From Bacillus subtilis subsp. subtilis str. 168 (GTDB lineage: Bacteria; Bacillota; Bacilli; Bacillales; Bacillaceae): a DNA stretch of 32,000 nt. The first letter of the stretch is position 1. Each line of letters begins with the position of its first letter. Positions 22,281 to 32,000 of this stretch are shown piece by piece. Under the pieces are notes generated by a model, which had not been told where the DNA came from, ran no database searches, and saw only the letters and a program-made list of their open reading frames with translations. Location: the NCBI RefSeq assembly GCF_000009045.1, contig NC_000964.3:1710001-1742000 (forward strand), in the 5' to 3' direction. The position numbers and the translations under genes are program-made.

Positions 22281-23396
22281 ATGAGCAGTGAATTATTAGA
22301 TGCTCTCACGATTCTTGAAAAAGAAAAAGGCATCAGTAAAGAAATTATCATCGAAGCAATCGAAGCTGCGTTAATTTCTGCTTATAAGCGGAATTTTAAT
22401 CAAGCGCAAAATGTACGGGTGGATCTAAACCGTGAAACTGGCTCCATCCGTGTATTTGCAAGAAAAGATGTCGTTGACGAAGTATACGACCAGAGATTAG
22501 AAATCTCAATTGAAGAGGCACAGGGCATCCATCCGGAATATATGGTCGGCGATGTCGTCGAAATCGAAGTTACACCTAAGGATTTCGGGCGCATAGCTGC
22601 TCAAACAGCGAAGCAGGTCGTCACACAGCGTGTGCGCGAAGCTGAGCGCGGTGTGATTTATTCTGAATTTATCGACCGTGAAGAAGACATCATGACAGGG
22701 ATCGTCCAGCGTCTGGACAATAAATTTATCTACGTGTCTTTAGGCAAAATAGAAGCCTTGCTGCCGGTTAATGAGCAAATGCCGAATGAAAGCTACAAGC
22801 CCCATGACCGCATTAAGGTATATATCACAAAAGTAGAAAAAACAACGAAGGGTCCGCAGATTTATGTGTCAAGAACACATCCAGGCCTGTTAAAGCGTTT
22901 GTTTGAAATTGAAGTGCCTGAAATTTATGATGGAACTGTCGAGCTAAAATCTGTTGCCAGAGAAGCCGGCGACCGTTCGAAAATTTCTGTTCGCACAGAT
23001 GATCCTGACGTTGATCCTGTCGGTTCATGCGTAGGGCCTAAAGGCCAGCGTGTGCAAGCAATCGTCAATGAATTAAAAGGTGAAAAAATTGACATTGTCA
23101 ACTGGTCCAGTGATCCTGTAGAATTTGTCGCGAATGCGCTCAGCCCTTCCAAAGTGCTTGATGTCATTGTTAATGAAGAAGAAAAAGCGACAACTGTTAT
23201 TGTTCCTGATTACCAGCTGTCTCTGGCAATTGGAAAAAGAGGACAAAACGCACGCTTAGCTGCTAAACTGACAGGCTGGAAGATTGATATTAAGAGCGAA
23301 ACGGACGCAAGAGAACTTGGAATCTATCCGAGAGAACTTGAAGAAGATGATGAGCCGCTCTTTACGGAGCCTGAAACTGCTGAATCGGATGAATAA
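22281..23396 (+). CDS. nusA: Transcription termination/antitermination factor NusA
   Basis: N-terminal RNAP-binding domain, an S1 domain and two KH domains (VGPKGQRVQ and [21 protein letters not shown]), with an acidic tail. Length is 371 aa. Confidence 0.98.
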   Translation: MSSELLDALTILEKEKGISKEIIIEAIEAALISAYKRNFNQAQNVRVDLNRETGSIRVFARKDVVDEVYDQRLEISIEEAQGIHPEYMVGDVVEIEVTPKDFGRIAAQTAKQVVTQRVREAERGVIYSEFIDREEDIMTGIVQRLDNKFIYVSLGKIEALLPVNEQMPNESYKPHDRIKVYITKVEKTTKGPQIYVSRTHPGLLKRLFEIEVPEIYDGTVELKSVAREAGDRSKISVRTDDPDVDPVGSCVGPKGQRVQAIVNELKGEKIDIVNWSSDPVEFVANALSPSKVLDVIVNEEEKATTVIVPDYQLSLAIGKRGQNARLAAKLTGWKIDIKSETDARELGIYPRELEEDDEPLFTEPETAESDE

Positions 23397-23409
23397 GAGG
23401 TGACTTTAG

Positions 23410-23685
23410 GTGAATAAACACAAAAAGATCCCATTACGCAAATGTGTAGTGACTGGTGAAATGAAGCCTAAAAAGGAACTGATCCGAGTTGTACGGTCGA
23501 AAGAAGGCGAAATCTCAGTAGACCCGACCGGAAAAAAGAATGGGCGGGGTGCTTATTTAACGCTGGATAAAGAGTGCATCTTAGCAGCAAAAAAGAAAAA
23601 CACTTTGCAAAATCAATTTCAATCACAAATCGATGACCAGATTTTCGATGAATTGCTGGAACTGGCGGAAAAGGTGAAAAAATAA
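23410..23685 (+). CDS. ylxR: YlxR/DUF448 small RNA-binding protein (RnpM)
   Basis: RKCVVTGE...GRGAYL motif of the DUF448/YlxR family, highly basic, 91 aa. GTG start behind AGAGGTGA. Occupies the conserved slot between nusA and infB. Confidence 0.92.
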   Translation: MNKHKKIPLRKCVVTGEMKPKKELIRVVRSKEGEISVDPTGKKNGRGAYLTLDKECILAAKKKNTLQNQFQSQIDDQIFDELLELAEKVKK

Positions 23686-23686
23686 A

Positions 23687-23989
23687 ATGTCTGGAATGGA
23701 ATGGTTTCCCTTGCTGGGTCTGGCCAATCGAGCTCGTAAGGTCGTGTCAGGCGAAGACTTGGTAATAAAAGAAATCAGGAATGCGCGTGCAAAGCTTGTC
23801 CTGCTTACAGAGGATGCATCATCTAACACAGCAAAAAAAGTAACTGACAAGTGCAATTATTATAAAGTCCCTTATAAAAAAGTCGAGAGTCGCGCGGTTC
23901 TTGGACGCTCTATCGGTAAAGAAGCCCGTGTCGTTGTCGCCGTCACTGACCAAGGTTTTGCGAATAAGCTGATCAGCTTGCTCGATTAA
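23687..23989 (+). CDS. ylxQ: L7Ae/L30e-family K-turn-binding protein YlxQ
   Basis: L7Ae-family core ([35 protein letters not shown]). The start lies 1 nt after the ylxR stop. Length is 100 aa. Confidence 0.92.
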   Translation: MSGMEWFPLLGLANRARKVVSGEDLVIKEIRNARAKLVLLTEDASSNTAKKVTDKCNYYKVPYKKVESRAVLGRSIGKEARVVVAVTDQGFANKLISLLD

Positions 23990-24008
23990 TATTTTTGGGG
24001 GTGAACGA

Positions 24009-26159
24009 ATGGCTAAAATGAGAGTATACGAATATGCAAAAGCGTTAAATGTTTCAAGTAAGGAAATTTTGACCGCACTGAAGAACATGGATTTAGAAGT
24101 GAATAATCACATGGCCATGCTTGAAGAAAAGGCCATTAAAAAGCTAGATGCCAAATATAAAAAAGGCGGCGCAGCTGCTAAATCTCAAAAGCCAGCAGAA
24201 ACGAACAAAAACAAACAGCCACAAGGGGTTAATCAGCAATCAGCTGGAAATCAACCAAATAAAATTCGAGACGGAAAGAAGAATGACGTGCAGAATAATC
24301 AATTTAACAAAAACAAGAAGAATAACAACAACAAAAAAAATAAACGCAACAACAACAATAATAAAAACCAACATCAGCAAAAGCCTGTAAAGCCGAAAAA
24401 AGAGCTTCCTGAGAAAATTACATTCTCTGGCACTTTAACAGTTGGCGCACTTGCTGAAGAGCTTGGCAAAGAGCCTTCAGAACTCATTAAAAAGCTGATG
24501 CTTCTTGGCGTAATGGCAACCATTAACCAAGAGCTTGATAAAGACACAATCGAACTCATTGCATCAGAATATGGTGTTGAAACAGAAGAGGTCATTGTGC
24601 TTGAAGAAACAGAGCTGGAAAAATACGAAGAGCCTGATAATGAAGAGGATCTTGAAATTCGTCCTCCTGTCGTGACAATCATGGGCCACGTTGACCATGG
24701 GAAAACAACGCTTCTTGACAGCATCCGTAAAACAAAGGTTGTTGAAGGGGAAGCAGGCGGAATCACTCAGCATATCGGCGCTTATCAAATTGAAGAGAAC
24801 GGCAAGAAAATCACGTTCTTGGATACACCGGGCCACGCCGCATTTACAACAATGCGCGCACGCGGTGCAGAAGTAACTGATATTACGATTCTTGTCGTAG
24901 CTGCCGATGACGGTGTCATGCCGCAAACAGTTGAAGCGATTAACCATGCAAAAGCAGCAGAGGTTCCAATCATCGTTGCTGTGAATAAAATAGATAAAGA
25001 ATCCGCAAACCCTGACCGTGTAATGCAAGAACTGACGGAATACGGACTTGTCCCTGAAGCTTGGGGCGGAGAAACCATTTTTGTGCCGCTTTCCGCTTTA
25101 ACTGGAAAAGGCATTGATGAGCTCGTTGAAATGATTTTGCTTGTCAGTGAGGTAGAGGAACTGAAAGCGAATCCGAATCGTCAGGCAAAAGGAACGGTTA
25201 TTGAAGCTGAACTCGATAAAGGCAGAGGGTCAGTCGCGACGTTGCTCGTACAGACTGGAACACTGCATGTCGGTGATCCGATCGTAGTCGGCAATACATT
25301 TGGCCGTGTCCGTGCAATGGTCAACGACATTGGCCGCCGTGTGAAAACTGCCGGCCCGTCAACTCCGGTTGAAATTACCGGTTTGAATGATGTCCCTCAA
25401 GCGGGAGACCAATTCCTTGTCTTTAAGGATGAAAAAACAGCTCGTTCTGTCGGTGAAGCCCGTGCTTCGAAACAGCTTGAAGAGCAGCGCAGCGATAAAG
25501 CGAAGCTCAGTCTTGATGATTTATTTGAGCAAATTAAGCAAGGTGATGTAAAAGACATCAACCTCATCGTAAAAGCTGACGTTCAAGGATCTGCTGAAGC
25601 TTTAACGGCTGCACTTCAAAAAATTGAAGTAGAAGGCGTTAAAGTGAAAATCATCCATACAGGCGTTGGTGCGATTACTGAATCAGACATTATCTTGGCA
25701 TCTGCTTCCAATGCAATTGTTATCGGGTTTAATGTGAGACCGGACGGAAATGCTAAGAGTACGGCTGAAGCTGAAAATGTAGATATTCGACTTCACCGTA
25801 TCATTTACAAAGTAATCGACGAGATTGAAGCTGCCATGAAAGGTATGCTTGATCCTGAATATGAAGAAAAAGTAATTGGTCAAGTAGAAGTACGCCAAAC
25901 ATTCAAAGTATCTAAAATCGGTACAATTGCCGGCGGATATGTTACTGAAGGAACCATTACGCGCGACAGCGGCCTCCGTTTAATTCGTGACGGCGTCGTC
26001 ATCTTTGAAGGCGAAGTAGATGTTCTGAAACGCTTTAAAGACGATGTGAAAGAAGTTTCACAAGGCTATGAATGTGGTATTACAATTAAGAAATACAATG
26101 ACATTCGTGAAGGTGACATCCTTGAAGCGTTTGTCATGCAAGAAATTGAAAGAACGTGA
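24009..26159 (+). CDS. infB: Translation initiation factor IF-2
   Basis: G-domain motifs [17 protein letters not shown] and NKID, followed by IF2 domains II-IV. N-terminal low-complexity linker. GGGGGTGA SD upstream. Length is 716 aa. Confidence 0.98.
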   Translation: MAKMRVYEYAKALNVSSKEILTALKNMDLEVNNHMAMLEEKAIKKLDAKYKKGGAAAKSQKPAETNKNKQPQGVNQQSAGNQPNKIRDGKKNDVQNNQFNKNKKNNNNKKNKRNNNNNKNQHQQKPVKPKKELPEKITFSGTLTVGALAEELGKEPSELIKKLMLLGVMATINQELDKDTIELIASEYGVETEEVIVLEETELEKYEEPDNEEDLEIRPPVVTIMGHVDHGKTTLLDSIRKTKVVEGEAGGITQHIGAYQIEENGKKITFLDTPGHAAFTTMRARGAEVTDITILVVAADDGVMPQTVEAINHAKAAEVPIIVAVNKIDKESANPDRVMQELTEYGLVPEAWGGETIFVPLSALTGKGIDELVEMILLVSEVEELKANPNRQAKGTVIEAELDKGRGSVATLLVQTGTLHVGDPIVVGNTFGRVRAMVNDIGRRVKTAGPSTPVEITGLNDVPQAGDQFLVFKDEKTARSVGEARASKQLEEQRSDKAKLSLDDLFEQIKQGDVKDINLIVKADVQGSAEALTAALQKIEVEGVKVKIIHTGVGAITESDIILASASNAIVIGFNVRPDGNAKSTAEAENVDIRLHRIIYKVIDEIEAAMKGMLDPEYEEKVIGQVEVRQTFKVSKIGTIAGGYVTEGTITRDSGLRLIRDGVVIFEGEVDVLKRFKDDVKEVSQGYECGITIKKYNDIREGDILEAFVMQEIERT
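24291..24380 (+). repeat. Asn/Lys/Gln-rich low-complexity coding tract inside infB (AAY/AAR codon run)
   Basis: Translates in frame as [30 protein letters not shown]. The DNA is almost pure A/C with imperfect AAC/AAT/AAA repeats. Confidence 0.8.
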
Positions 26160-26434
26160 TCGGATTTGCGGAGTGTGAATGCATCATTTATGATGCAGGA
26201 TCGCTAAAAGAAAAGCGTGCCGTTCTGAAGCGGATTTTAACCAGGGTTCAAAACAAGTTCAATGTTTCGATTTCGGAGATTGGCTATCAGGACACCTGGC
26301 AAAGAACCAGCTTCGGAATCGCCGCTGTTTCTTCCTCTCGCGTTCAAACAGAAAAAGAACTGCAGCGCGTCCTAGCGTTTATCGATTCTTTTCCTGAAAT
26401 TGAACGGACGATCACTAGGACAGAGTGGTTTTAA
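26156..26434 (+). CDS. ylxP: Conserved DUF503 protein YlxP, function unknown
   Basis: 92-aa ORF whose GTG start overlaps the infB stop in a GTGA junction. It occupies the conserved infB-rbfA slot seen in Firmicutes. I recognise no enzymatic motif. Confidence 0.85.
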   Translation: MIGFAECECIIYDAGSLKEKRAVLKRILTRVQNKFNVSISEIGYQDTWQRTSFGIAAVSSSRVQTEKELQRVLAFIDSFPEIERTITRTEWF

Positions 26435-26450
26435 CTTAGAGGTGATTGAA

Positions 26451-26804
26451 TTGAGTATGAGAGCAAACCGTGTCGGCGAGCAAATGAAAAAAGAACTCGG
26501 TGATATTATCAGCCGCAAGCTGAAAGACCCGAGAATTGGTTTTCTGACAGTAACGGATGTACGTGTATCAGGTGATTTGCAAATTGCAAAGGTGTATATC
26601 TCGGTTCTCGGTGACGAGAAAAAACGGGAAGAAGCGCTGAAAGGGCTGGCAAAAGCGAAAGGATTTATCCGATCCGAAATCGGCAGCCGCATCAGACTTC
26701 GAAAAACGCCTGAAATTGAATTTGAGTTCGATGAATCAATCGATTACGGGAATCGGATCGAAACACTGATTCACGAATTACATTCAGAGAAACCATCTGA
26801 ATAA
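26451..26804 (+). CDS. rbfA: Ribosome-binding factor A
   Basis: RbfA KH-like family ([17 protein letters not shown]...[16 protein letters not shown]). The TTG at 26451 lies behind AGAGGTGA (26438-26445) and gives 117 aa. The track start at 26400 overlaps ylxP and is rejected. Confidence 0.94.
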   Translation: MSMRANRVGEQMKKELGDIISRKLKDPRIGFLTVTDVRVSGDLQIAKVYISVLGDEKKREEALKGLAKAKGFIRSEIGSRIRLRKTPEIEFEFDESIDYGNRIETLIHELHSEKPSE

Positions 26805-26808
26805 AAAA

Positions 26809-26849
26809 AGAGAGGATAGGCGTATATCGTCTGTCCTCTTTCTTCGTTT
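26809..26849 (+). terminator. Intrinsic terminator after rbfA (end of the nusA-infB operon)
   Basis: Stem 26812-26822 pairs with 26828-26838 (GAGGATAGGCG/CGTCTGTCCTC, two G.U pairs) around a 5-nt loop, followed by a T-rich tail TTTCTTCGTTT. Confidence 0.65.
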
Positions 26850-26885
26850 ATAAGAAAAAAACTCAAAAGAAGGAGTGAAAGGCAA

Positions 26886-27815
26886 ATGGTTAACGGAGTT
26901 CTCCTTTTACATAAACCTGTTGGCATGACATCGCACGACTGTGTCATGAAGATCCGAAAGCTGTTAAAAACAAAAAAAGTAGGACATACAGGAACGCTCG
27001 ATCCGGAAGTATCAGGCGTGCTTCCGATTTGTGTAGGAAGAGCGACAAAAATAGTCGAATACTTAACTGAAAAATCTAAAACGTATGATGCAGAAATAAC
27101 ATTGGGCTTTTCAACCACAACAGAGGATCAAACCGGAGAAACGGTGGAAACAAAGCCTGTCAATCACGACATTGATAAAGCGGATGTAGAAAAGGTTTTA
27201 AACAGTTTAAAGGGGAAACAAGAACAAATTCCGCCCATGTATTCCGCTGTAAAAGTAAACGGCAAAAAATTATACGAATACGCAAGAGCAGGGATTGAAG
27301 TAGAACGTCCGAAACGTATGATAACCATTGAAGACATTGCCCTGACAACAGAGATTAAACATCATGGAGAAACCGCAAGCTTCCGGTTTACAGTGACTTG
27401 CTCCAAAGGGACCTATGTAAGGACGCTGGCGGTCATGATCGGAGAAAAGCTCGGATATCCGGCCCATATGTCTCATTTAATCCGTACGGCATCCGGAGAT
27501 TTTTCTCTCGACGAATGCTTTACTTTTGATGAACTCGAAGCACAGGCCCAATCCGGAACCGTGGAAGAGCATACAGTTCCTATTGAACGTGCGCTCAATC
27601 ATTTGCCGAAATGGATCATAAGTGATACATTAGCTAAGAAAGTAGAAAATGGGGCTTTGCTTGAGACGCCCGAGCAGTTTTCTGAAATGACAAGTGGAGA
27701 CCGTATTGCCGTCTTTACTGAATCCGGAACCTGCTTGGCGATCTATTTCCCTCATCCTGCAAAAAAAGGGCTGTTAAAGCCGGCAAAAGTATTGATGCAA
27801 AAAAGCGAACAATAG
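26886..27815 (+). CDS. truB: tRNA pseudouridine-55 synthase
   Basis: TruB motif GHTGTLDPEVSGVLPI with the catalytic Asp, plus a C-terminal PUA-like region. AGGAG lies 10 nt upstream. Length is 309 aa. Confidence 0.97.
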   Translation: MVNGVLLLHKPVGMTSHDCVMKIRKLLKTKKVGHTGTLDPEVSGVLPICVGRATKIVEYLTEKSKTYDAEITLGFSTTTEDQTGETVETKPVNHDIDKADVEKVLNSLKGKQEQIPPMYSAVKVNGKKLYEYARAGIEVERPKRMITIEDIALTTEIKHHGETASFRFTVTCSKGTYVRTLAVMIGEKLGYPAHMSHLIRTASGDFSLDECFTFDELEAQAQSGTVEEHTVPIERALNHLPKWIISDTLAKKVENGALLETPEQFSEMTSGDRIAVFTESGTCLAIYFPHPAKKGLLKPAKVLMQKSEQ

Positions 27816-27833
27816 AAAAAAGGTGACCGTTCT

Positions 27834-28784
27834 GTGAAGACGATACATATTACACATCCTCATCATTTAATAAAAGAGGAGCAGGCAAAATCAGTGATGG
27901 CGTTAGGTTATTTTGACGGCGTTCATCTCGGGCATCAAAAGGTAATCGGCACAGCGAAGCAAATAGCCGAAGAAAAAGGTCTGACATTAGCTGTGATGAC
28001 CTTTCATCCCCATCCTTCTCACGTGTTGGGCAGAGATAAGGAACCAAAGGATCTGATTACGCCTCTTGAAGACAAAATAAACCAAATTGAACAATTAGGC
28101 ACAGAAGTTCTGTATGTCGTTAAATTTAATGAAGTGTTTGCTTCTCTTTCTCCTAAGCAGTTTATAGACCAGTATATTATCGGCCTTAATGTGCAGCACG
28201 CAGTGGCAGGCTTTGACTTTACGTACGGCAAATACGGCAAGGGAACAATGAAGACCATGCCGGATGATTTAGACGGAAAAGCTGGGTGCACAATGGTAGA
28301 AAAATTAACGGAGCAGGATAAAAAAATCAGTTCTTCGTATATCCGTACCGCGCTTCAAAACGGAGATGTTGAATTGGCGAATGTCTTGCTTGGACAACCT
28401 TATTTTATTAAAGGAATTGTCATTCATGGTGATAAAAGAGGGCGGACCATCGGGTTTCCGACAGCGAATGTCGGTTTAAATAACAGCTATATCGTTCCGC
28501 CCACAGGTGTATATGCCGTAAAAGCGGAAGTGAACGGCGAAGTTTACAATGGCGTTTGCAATATTGGCTATAAGCCAACGTTTTATGAAAAGCGCCCTGA
28601 ACAGCCTTCCATCGAGGTCAATCTGTTTGATTTCAATCAAGAGGTATATGGAGCCGCTATAAAAATCGAATGGTACAAACGGATTCGGAGCGAGCGGAAA
28701 TTCAATGGCATCAAAGAATTAACTGAGCAAATTGAGAAAGATAAGCAGGAAGCCATCCGTTATTTCAGCAATTTGCGGAAATAA
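27834..28784 (+). CDS. ribC: Bifunctional riboflavin kinase / FMN adenylyltransferase
   Basis: N-terminal FAD synthetase motif (GYFDGVHLGHQ) and a C-terminal riboflavin kinase domain (GFPTAN...E.NLFDF). The GTG start lies 7 nt behind AAAGGTGA. Length is 316 aa. Confidence 0.96.
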   Translation: MKTIHITHPHHLIKEEQAKSVMALGYFDGVHLGHQKVIGTAKQIAEEKGLTLAVMTFHPHPSHVLGRDKEPKDLITPLEDKINQIEQLGTEVLYVVKFNEVFASLSPKQFIDQYIIGLNVQHAVAGFDFTYGKYGKGTMKTMPDDLDGKAGCTMVEKLTEQDKKISSSYIRTALQNGDVELANVLLGQPYFIKGIVIHGDKRGRTIGFPTANVGLNNSYIVPPTGVYAVKAEVNGEVYNGVCNIGYKPTFYEKRPEQPSIEVNLFDFNQEVYGAAIKIEWYKRIRSERKFNGIKELTEQIEKDKQEAIRYFSNLRK

Positions 28785-28817
28785 CTTGCAACGCACGCAA
28801 ATTTTATTCTAAAATAT

Positions 28818-28846
28818 TTGCATATAGGCACGATTTTTAGTATGAT
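28818..28846 (+). promoter_or_regulatory. Candidate SigA promoter for rpsO
   Basis: TTGCAT (28818-28823), a 17-nt spacer, then TATGAT (28841-28846). A second candidate is TTGCAA (28786-28791), an 18-nt spacer, then TAAAAT (28810-28815). I cannot tell from sequence which one is used. Confidence 0.5.
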
Positions 28847-28934
28847 AGTTTTCGTAGTCTTAAAACCATTGCTTGGCAATCCGAAGTCACCGACGGTTGC
28901 TAGGTAACTGGGGCTAAATATGATTTGGAGGTGA

Positions 28935-29210
<276 letters not shown>

Positions 29211-29215
29211 TCGTA

Positions 29216-29241
29216 AAAAGCGGGAGGATTCCCGCTTTTTT
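29216..29241 (+). terminator. Intrinsic terminator after rpsO
   Basis: AAAAGCGGGA (29216-29225) pairs with TCCCGCTTTT (29230-29239) around a GGAT loop, with the T-run extending to 29241. Confidence 0.85.
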
Positions 29242-29304
29242 ATCGTATTAAAGCGAAATTTCTTATAACAAATCATTGAAATCCTTTTACATACTACTTT
29301 GACA

Positions 29305-29334
29305 TTGATATGTTCAATTCATTTCGTTCATAAT
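29305..29334 (+). promoter_or_regulatory. Candidate SigA promoter for pnpA
   Basis: TTGATA (29305-29310), an 18-nt spacer, then CATAAT (29329-29334). It lies downstream of the rpsO terminator, about 50 nt before the pnpA ATG. The match is only moderate. Confidence 0.35.
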
Positions 29335-29382
29335 AGGAGTAATTGATTATTTCACACAACGAAGAGAGGAGTTCGTAATTGT

Positions 29383-31500
29383 ATGGGACAAGAAAAACAT
29401 GTCTTTACCATAGATTGGGCCGGAAGAACGCTTACCGTTGAAACCGGCCAGCTTGCCAAACAGGCAAATGGTGCTGTGATGATCCGCTACGGTGATACAG
29501 CAGTACTTAGTACAGCAACCGCTTCAAAAGAACCTAAACCGCTTGATTTCTTCCCTCTTACTGTAAACTATGAAGAAAGATTATATGCGGTAGGGAAAAT
29601 TCCGGGCGGATTTATTAAAAGAGAAGGACGTCCAAGTGAAAAAGCGGTTCTTGCCAGCCGTTTAATTGACCGTCCGATCCGTCCTTTGTTTGCCGATGGA
29701 TTCCGTAATGAAGTTCAAGTCATCAGCATTGTCATGAGTGTTGACCAAAACTGCTCTTCAGAAATGGCTGCCATGTTCGGTTCATCTCTTGCACTTTCTG
29801 TATCGGATATTCCGTTTGAAGGACCGATTGCAGGGGTTACTGTCGGACGCATTGATGATCAATTTATCATTAACCCGACAGTCGATCAGCTTGAAAAAAG
29901 CGATATCAATCTTGTCGTTGCCGGCACGAAAGATGCGATTAACATGGTAGAAGCGGGAGCGGACGAAGTTCCTGAGGAAATCATGCTTGAGGCCATTATG
30001 TTCGGCCATGAAGAGATTAAACGCCTGATTGCATTCCAAGAAGAAATTGTTGCAGCAGTCGGCAAAGAGAAATCTGAAATTAAGCTCTTTGAAATTGATG
30101 AAGAGCTTAATGAAAAAGTAAAAGCTTTGGCAGAAGAGGATCTGCTGAAAGCCATCCAAGTTCATGAAAAGCATGCCCGTGAAGATGCCATTAACGAAGT
30201 GAAGAACGCAGTTGTGGCAAAATTCGAGGATGAAGAACATGATGAAGACACAATCAAGCAAGTGAAGCAGATTTTATCCAAGCTTGTGAAAAATGAAGTT
30301 CGCCGCCTGATTACTGAAGAGAAAGTAAGACCGGACGGCCGCGGTGTCGATCAAATCCGTCCGCTCTCTTCAGAGGTTGGCCTCTTGCCAAGAACGCACG
30401 GTTCAGGTCTATTTACAAGGGGACAAACTCAGGCCCTCAGCGTATGTACGCTAGGTGCTCTGGGAGATGTGCAAATCCTTGACGGCTTAGGTGTCGAAGA
30501 GTCGAAACGGTTTATGCATCATTACAACTTCCCGCAATTCAGCGTTGGGGAAACAGGACCGATGCGCGGACCGGGACGTCGTGAAATCGGACACGGAGCA
30601 CTGGGTGAGCGTGCGCTTGAGCCAGTTATTCCGTCTGAAAAAGACTTCCCTTATACTGTCCGTCTTGTTTCAGAAGTGCTTGAATCAAACGGTTCTACAT
30701 CTCAAGCAAGCATTTGCGCAAGCACACTTGCAATGATGGATGCCGGTGTACCGATTAAAGCGCCAGTTGCTGGTATTGCGATGGGTCTTGTCAAATCAGG
30801 CGAACATTACACTGTCTTGACTGACATCCAAGGCATGGAAGACGCGCTCGGAGATATGGACTTTAAAGTAGCGGGAACTGAAAAAGGCGTAACGGCCCTG
30901 CAAATGGACATTAAAATTGAAGGCCTTTCCAGAGAGATTCTTGAAGAAGCGCTTCAGCAGGCGAAAAAGGGCAGAATGGAAATCCTCAACAGCATGCTTG
31001 CAACATTAAGCGAATCAAGAAAAGAGCTTTCTCGATATGCGCCTAAGATCTTAACAATGACCATTAATCCTGATAAAATCCGCGATGTCATCGGACCAAG
31101 CGGGAAACAAATCAATAAGATCATCGAAGAAACCGGTGTTAAAATTGATATTGAGCAGGACGGCACAATCTTTATTTCCTCTACAGATGAAAGCGGCAAC
31201 CAAAAAGCGAAAAAAATCATCGAAGACCTTGTGAGAGAGGTTGAAGTCGGCCAACTTTACCTAGGTAAAGTGAAACGGATTGAAAAATTCGGGGCTTTCG
31301 TTGAAATTTTCAGCGGAAAAGACGGTTTGGTGCACATTTCAGAGCTTGCGCTTGAACGCGTAGGGAAAGTTGAAGATGTTGTGAAAATCGGAGACGAGAT
31401 TCTTGTCAAAGTCACTGAAATTGATAAACAAGGACGAGTGAATTTATCCCGCAAAGCGGTGCTCCGTGAAGAGAAAGAAAAAGAAGAACAACAATCTTAA
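29383..31500 (+). CDS. pnpA: Polynucleotide phosphorylase (PNPase)
   Basis: Two RNase PH domains (RPLFADGF and [11 protein letters not shown]), a KH domain ([12 protein letters not shown]) and an S1 domain ([15 protein letters not shown]). GAGAGGAG SD upstream. Length is 705 aa. Confidence 0.98.
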   Translation: MGQEKHVFTIDWAGRTLTVETGQLAKQANGAVMIRYGDTAVLSTATASKEPKPLDFFPLTVNYEERLYAVGKIPGGFIKREGRPSEKAVLASRLIDRPIRPLFADGFRNEVQVISIVMSVDQNCSSEMAAMFGSSLALSVSDIPFEGPIAGVTVGRIDDQFIINPTVDQLEKSDINLVVAGTKDAINMVEAGADEVPEEIMLEAIMFGHEEIKRLIAFQEEIVAAVGKEKSEIKLFEIDEELNEKVKALAEEDLLKAIQVHEKHAREDAINEVKNAVVAKFEDEEHDEDTIKQVKQILSKLVKNEVRRLITEEKVRPDGRGVDQIRPLSSEVGLLPRTHGSGLFTRGQTQALSVCTLGALGDVQILDGLGVEESKRFMHHYNFPQFSVGETGPMRGPGRREIGHGALGERALEPVIPSEKDFPYTVRLVSEVLESNGSTSQASICASTLAMMDAGVPIKAPVAGIAMGLVKSGEHYTVLTDIQGMEDALGDMDFKVAGTEKGVTALQMDIKIEGLSREILEEALQQAKKGRMEILNSMLATLSESRKELSRYAPKILTMTINPDKIRDVIGPSGKQINKIIEETGVKIDIEQDGTIFISSTDESGNQKAKKIIEDLVREVEVGQLYLGKVKRIEKFGAFVEIFSGKDGLVHISELALERVGKVEDVVKIGDEILVKVTEIDKQGRVNLSRKAVLREEKEKEEQQS

Positions 31501-31511
31501 ATGAAAACATA

Positions 31512-31545
31512 AAAGGAGCCTGGGAGACCCGGCTTCTTTATTTTG
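31512..31545 (+). terminator. Intrinsic terminator after pnpA
   Basis: Stem 31512-31524 pairs with 31528-31539 (AAAGGAGCC(T)GGG/CCCGGCTTCTTT, one bulged T) around a 3-nt loop, followed by TTTATTTT. Confidence 0.7.
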
Positions 31546-31617
31546 AAGCTTTTCAAAAGCAGGCGGGTTCTACCTTGTCCTTCTCCTTCATAATGTGAGG
31601 TGAGGGGGGGACAGAAC

Positions 31618-32000
31618 ATGTACAAAAAATTTGTACCGTTTGCCGTTTTTTTATTTCTTTTTTTTGTCTCATTTGAGATGATGGAAAATCCGCATGCACT
31701 TGATTATATAGGGGCAATGAAAAAAGATACGGTGACTGTCACGGCGTCAAAAGACCCGTTATATGAAGAATTGCTTCAAAAAGCGCCGGAGTACGAAGTT
31801 AAGCCCCAGAATGCAAGAATTGATAAAGTGTGGAAAAGCATTCCAGGCTACAATGGATTAAAGGTCAATATTGAACAATCATATAAAAAAATGAAACAGC
31901 ATGGTAAGTTTCGGGAAAAAGATTTGGTGTACAGTCAAGTAAAACCAAGTGTTCATCTTGAGTCACTTCAGCCTGAGCCTATTTATAAAGGAAATCCTGA
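31618..32000 (+). CDS. ylxY: YlxY, putative polysaccharide deacetylase-family sporulation protein (3'-truncated by the window edge)
   Basis: The ATG at 31618 follows GAGGGGGGG (31603-31611), and the frame stays open to the end of the window, so it is absent from the ORF track. It has an N-terminal hydrophobic signal/anchor (FVPFAVFLFLFFVSF). The name comes from recalled B. subtilis synteny downstream of pnpA. The catalytic domain is not in the window. Confidence 0.75.
   Translation, partial: MYKKFVPFAVFLFLFFVSFEMMENPHALDYIGAMKKDTVTVTASKDPLYEELLQKAPEYEVKPQNARIDKVWKSIPGYNGLKVNIEQSYKKMKQHGKFREKDLVYSQVKPSVHLESLQPEPIYKGNP

Noticed and set aside
24291-24380. The A/C-rich repeat run, considered as a possible CRISPR-like or intergenic repeat array
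   Set aside because: It lies in frame inside infB, the repeats are imperfect codon-level AAY/AAR runs, and there are no spacers or flanking cas genes.
24148-24390. 80-aa + strand ORF in an alternative frame across the infB low-complexity tract
   Set aside because: It is an artefact of the A-rich repeat keeping several frames open. It has no SD, lies fully within infB, and its product is low-complexity K/T/I/N.
28844-28909. 21-codon ORF (MIVFVVLKPLLGNPKSPTVAR) in the rpsO leader
   Set aside because: It has no SD upstream. Its ATG overlaps the candidate -10 box (TATGAT), so it would probably not be on the transcript.
31572-31600. Possible mother-cell sigma (SigK/SigE-like) -10 element CATAatgTG upstream of ylxY
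   Set aside because: It is only a partial match to CATA-N3-TA, with an AC dinucleotide at non-ideal spacing. That is too weak to call a promoter from sequence alone.

Overview
This window is a contiguous stretch of conserved core chromosome. Its gene order and protein sequences match, from my memory, Bacillus subtilis (168-like). It covers the distal end of the fla/che motility operon (flhF', flhG, cheB, cheA, cheW, cheC, cheD, sigD, swrB), then rpsB-tsf-pyrH-frr, uppS-cdsA-dxr-rasP-proS-polC, rimP-nusA-ylxR-ylxQ-infB-ylxP-rbfA, truB-ribC, rpsO, pnpA and the 5' end of ylxY. All 31 coding regions lie on the + strand. They are tightly packed, and many junctions overlap or sit 1-20 nt apart. I see no rRNA or tRNA genes, CRISPR arrays, transposases, integrases, prophage genes, toxin-antitoxin pairs or recognisable defence genes, and no obvious accessory insertion. 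Every intergenic gap over 60 nt is explained by a promoter, leader or terminator. I therefore do not find evidence for a novel multi-gene system here. The items worth a second look are regulatory or annotation-level. The rimP-nusA leader has two tandem terminators and a 19-codon upstream ORF that spans the second one. Other items are the poorly characterised small genes ylxP (DUF503), ylxR and ylxQ, a candidate internal start in infB, a strong hairpin between rpsB and tsf, an odd proS/polC hairpin, and a few start codons that the Shine-Dalgarno (SD) spacing argues against. Several ORF-track starts are N-terminal over-extensions, and I trimmed them using SD spacing and known protein lengths.
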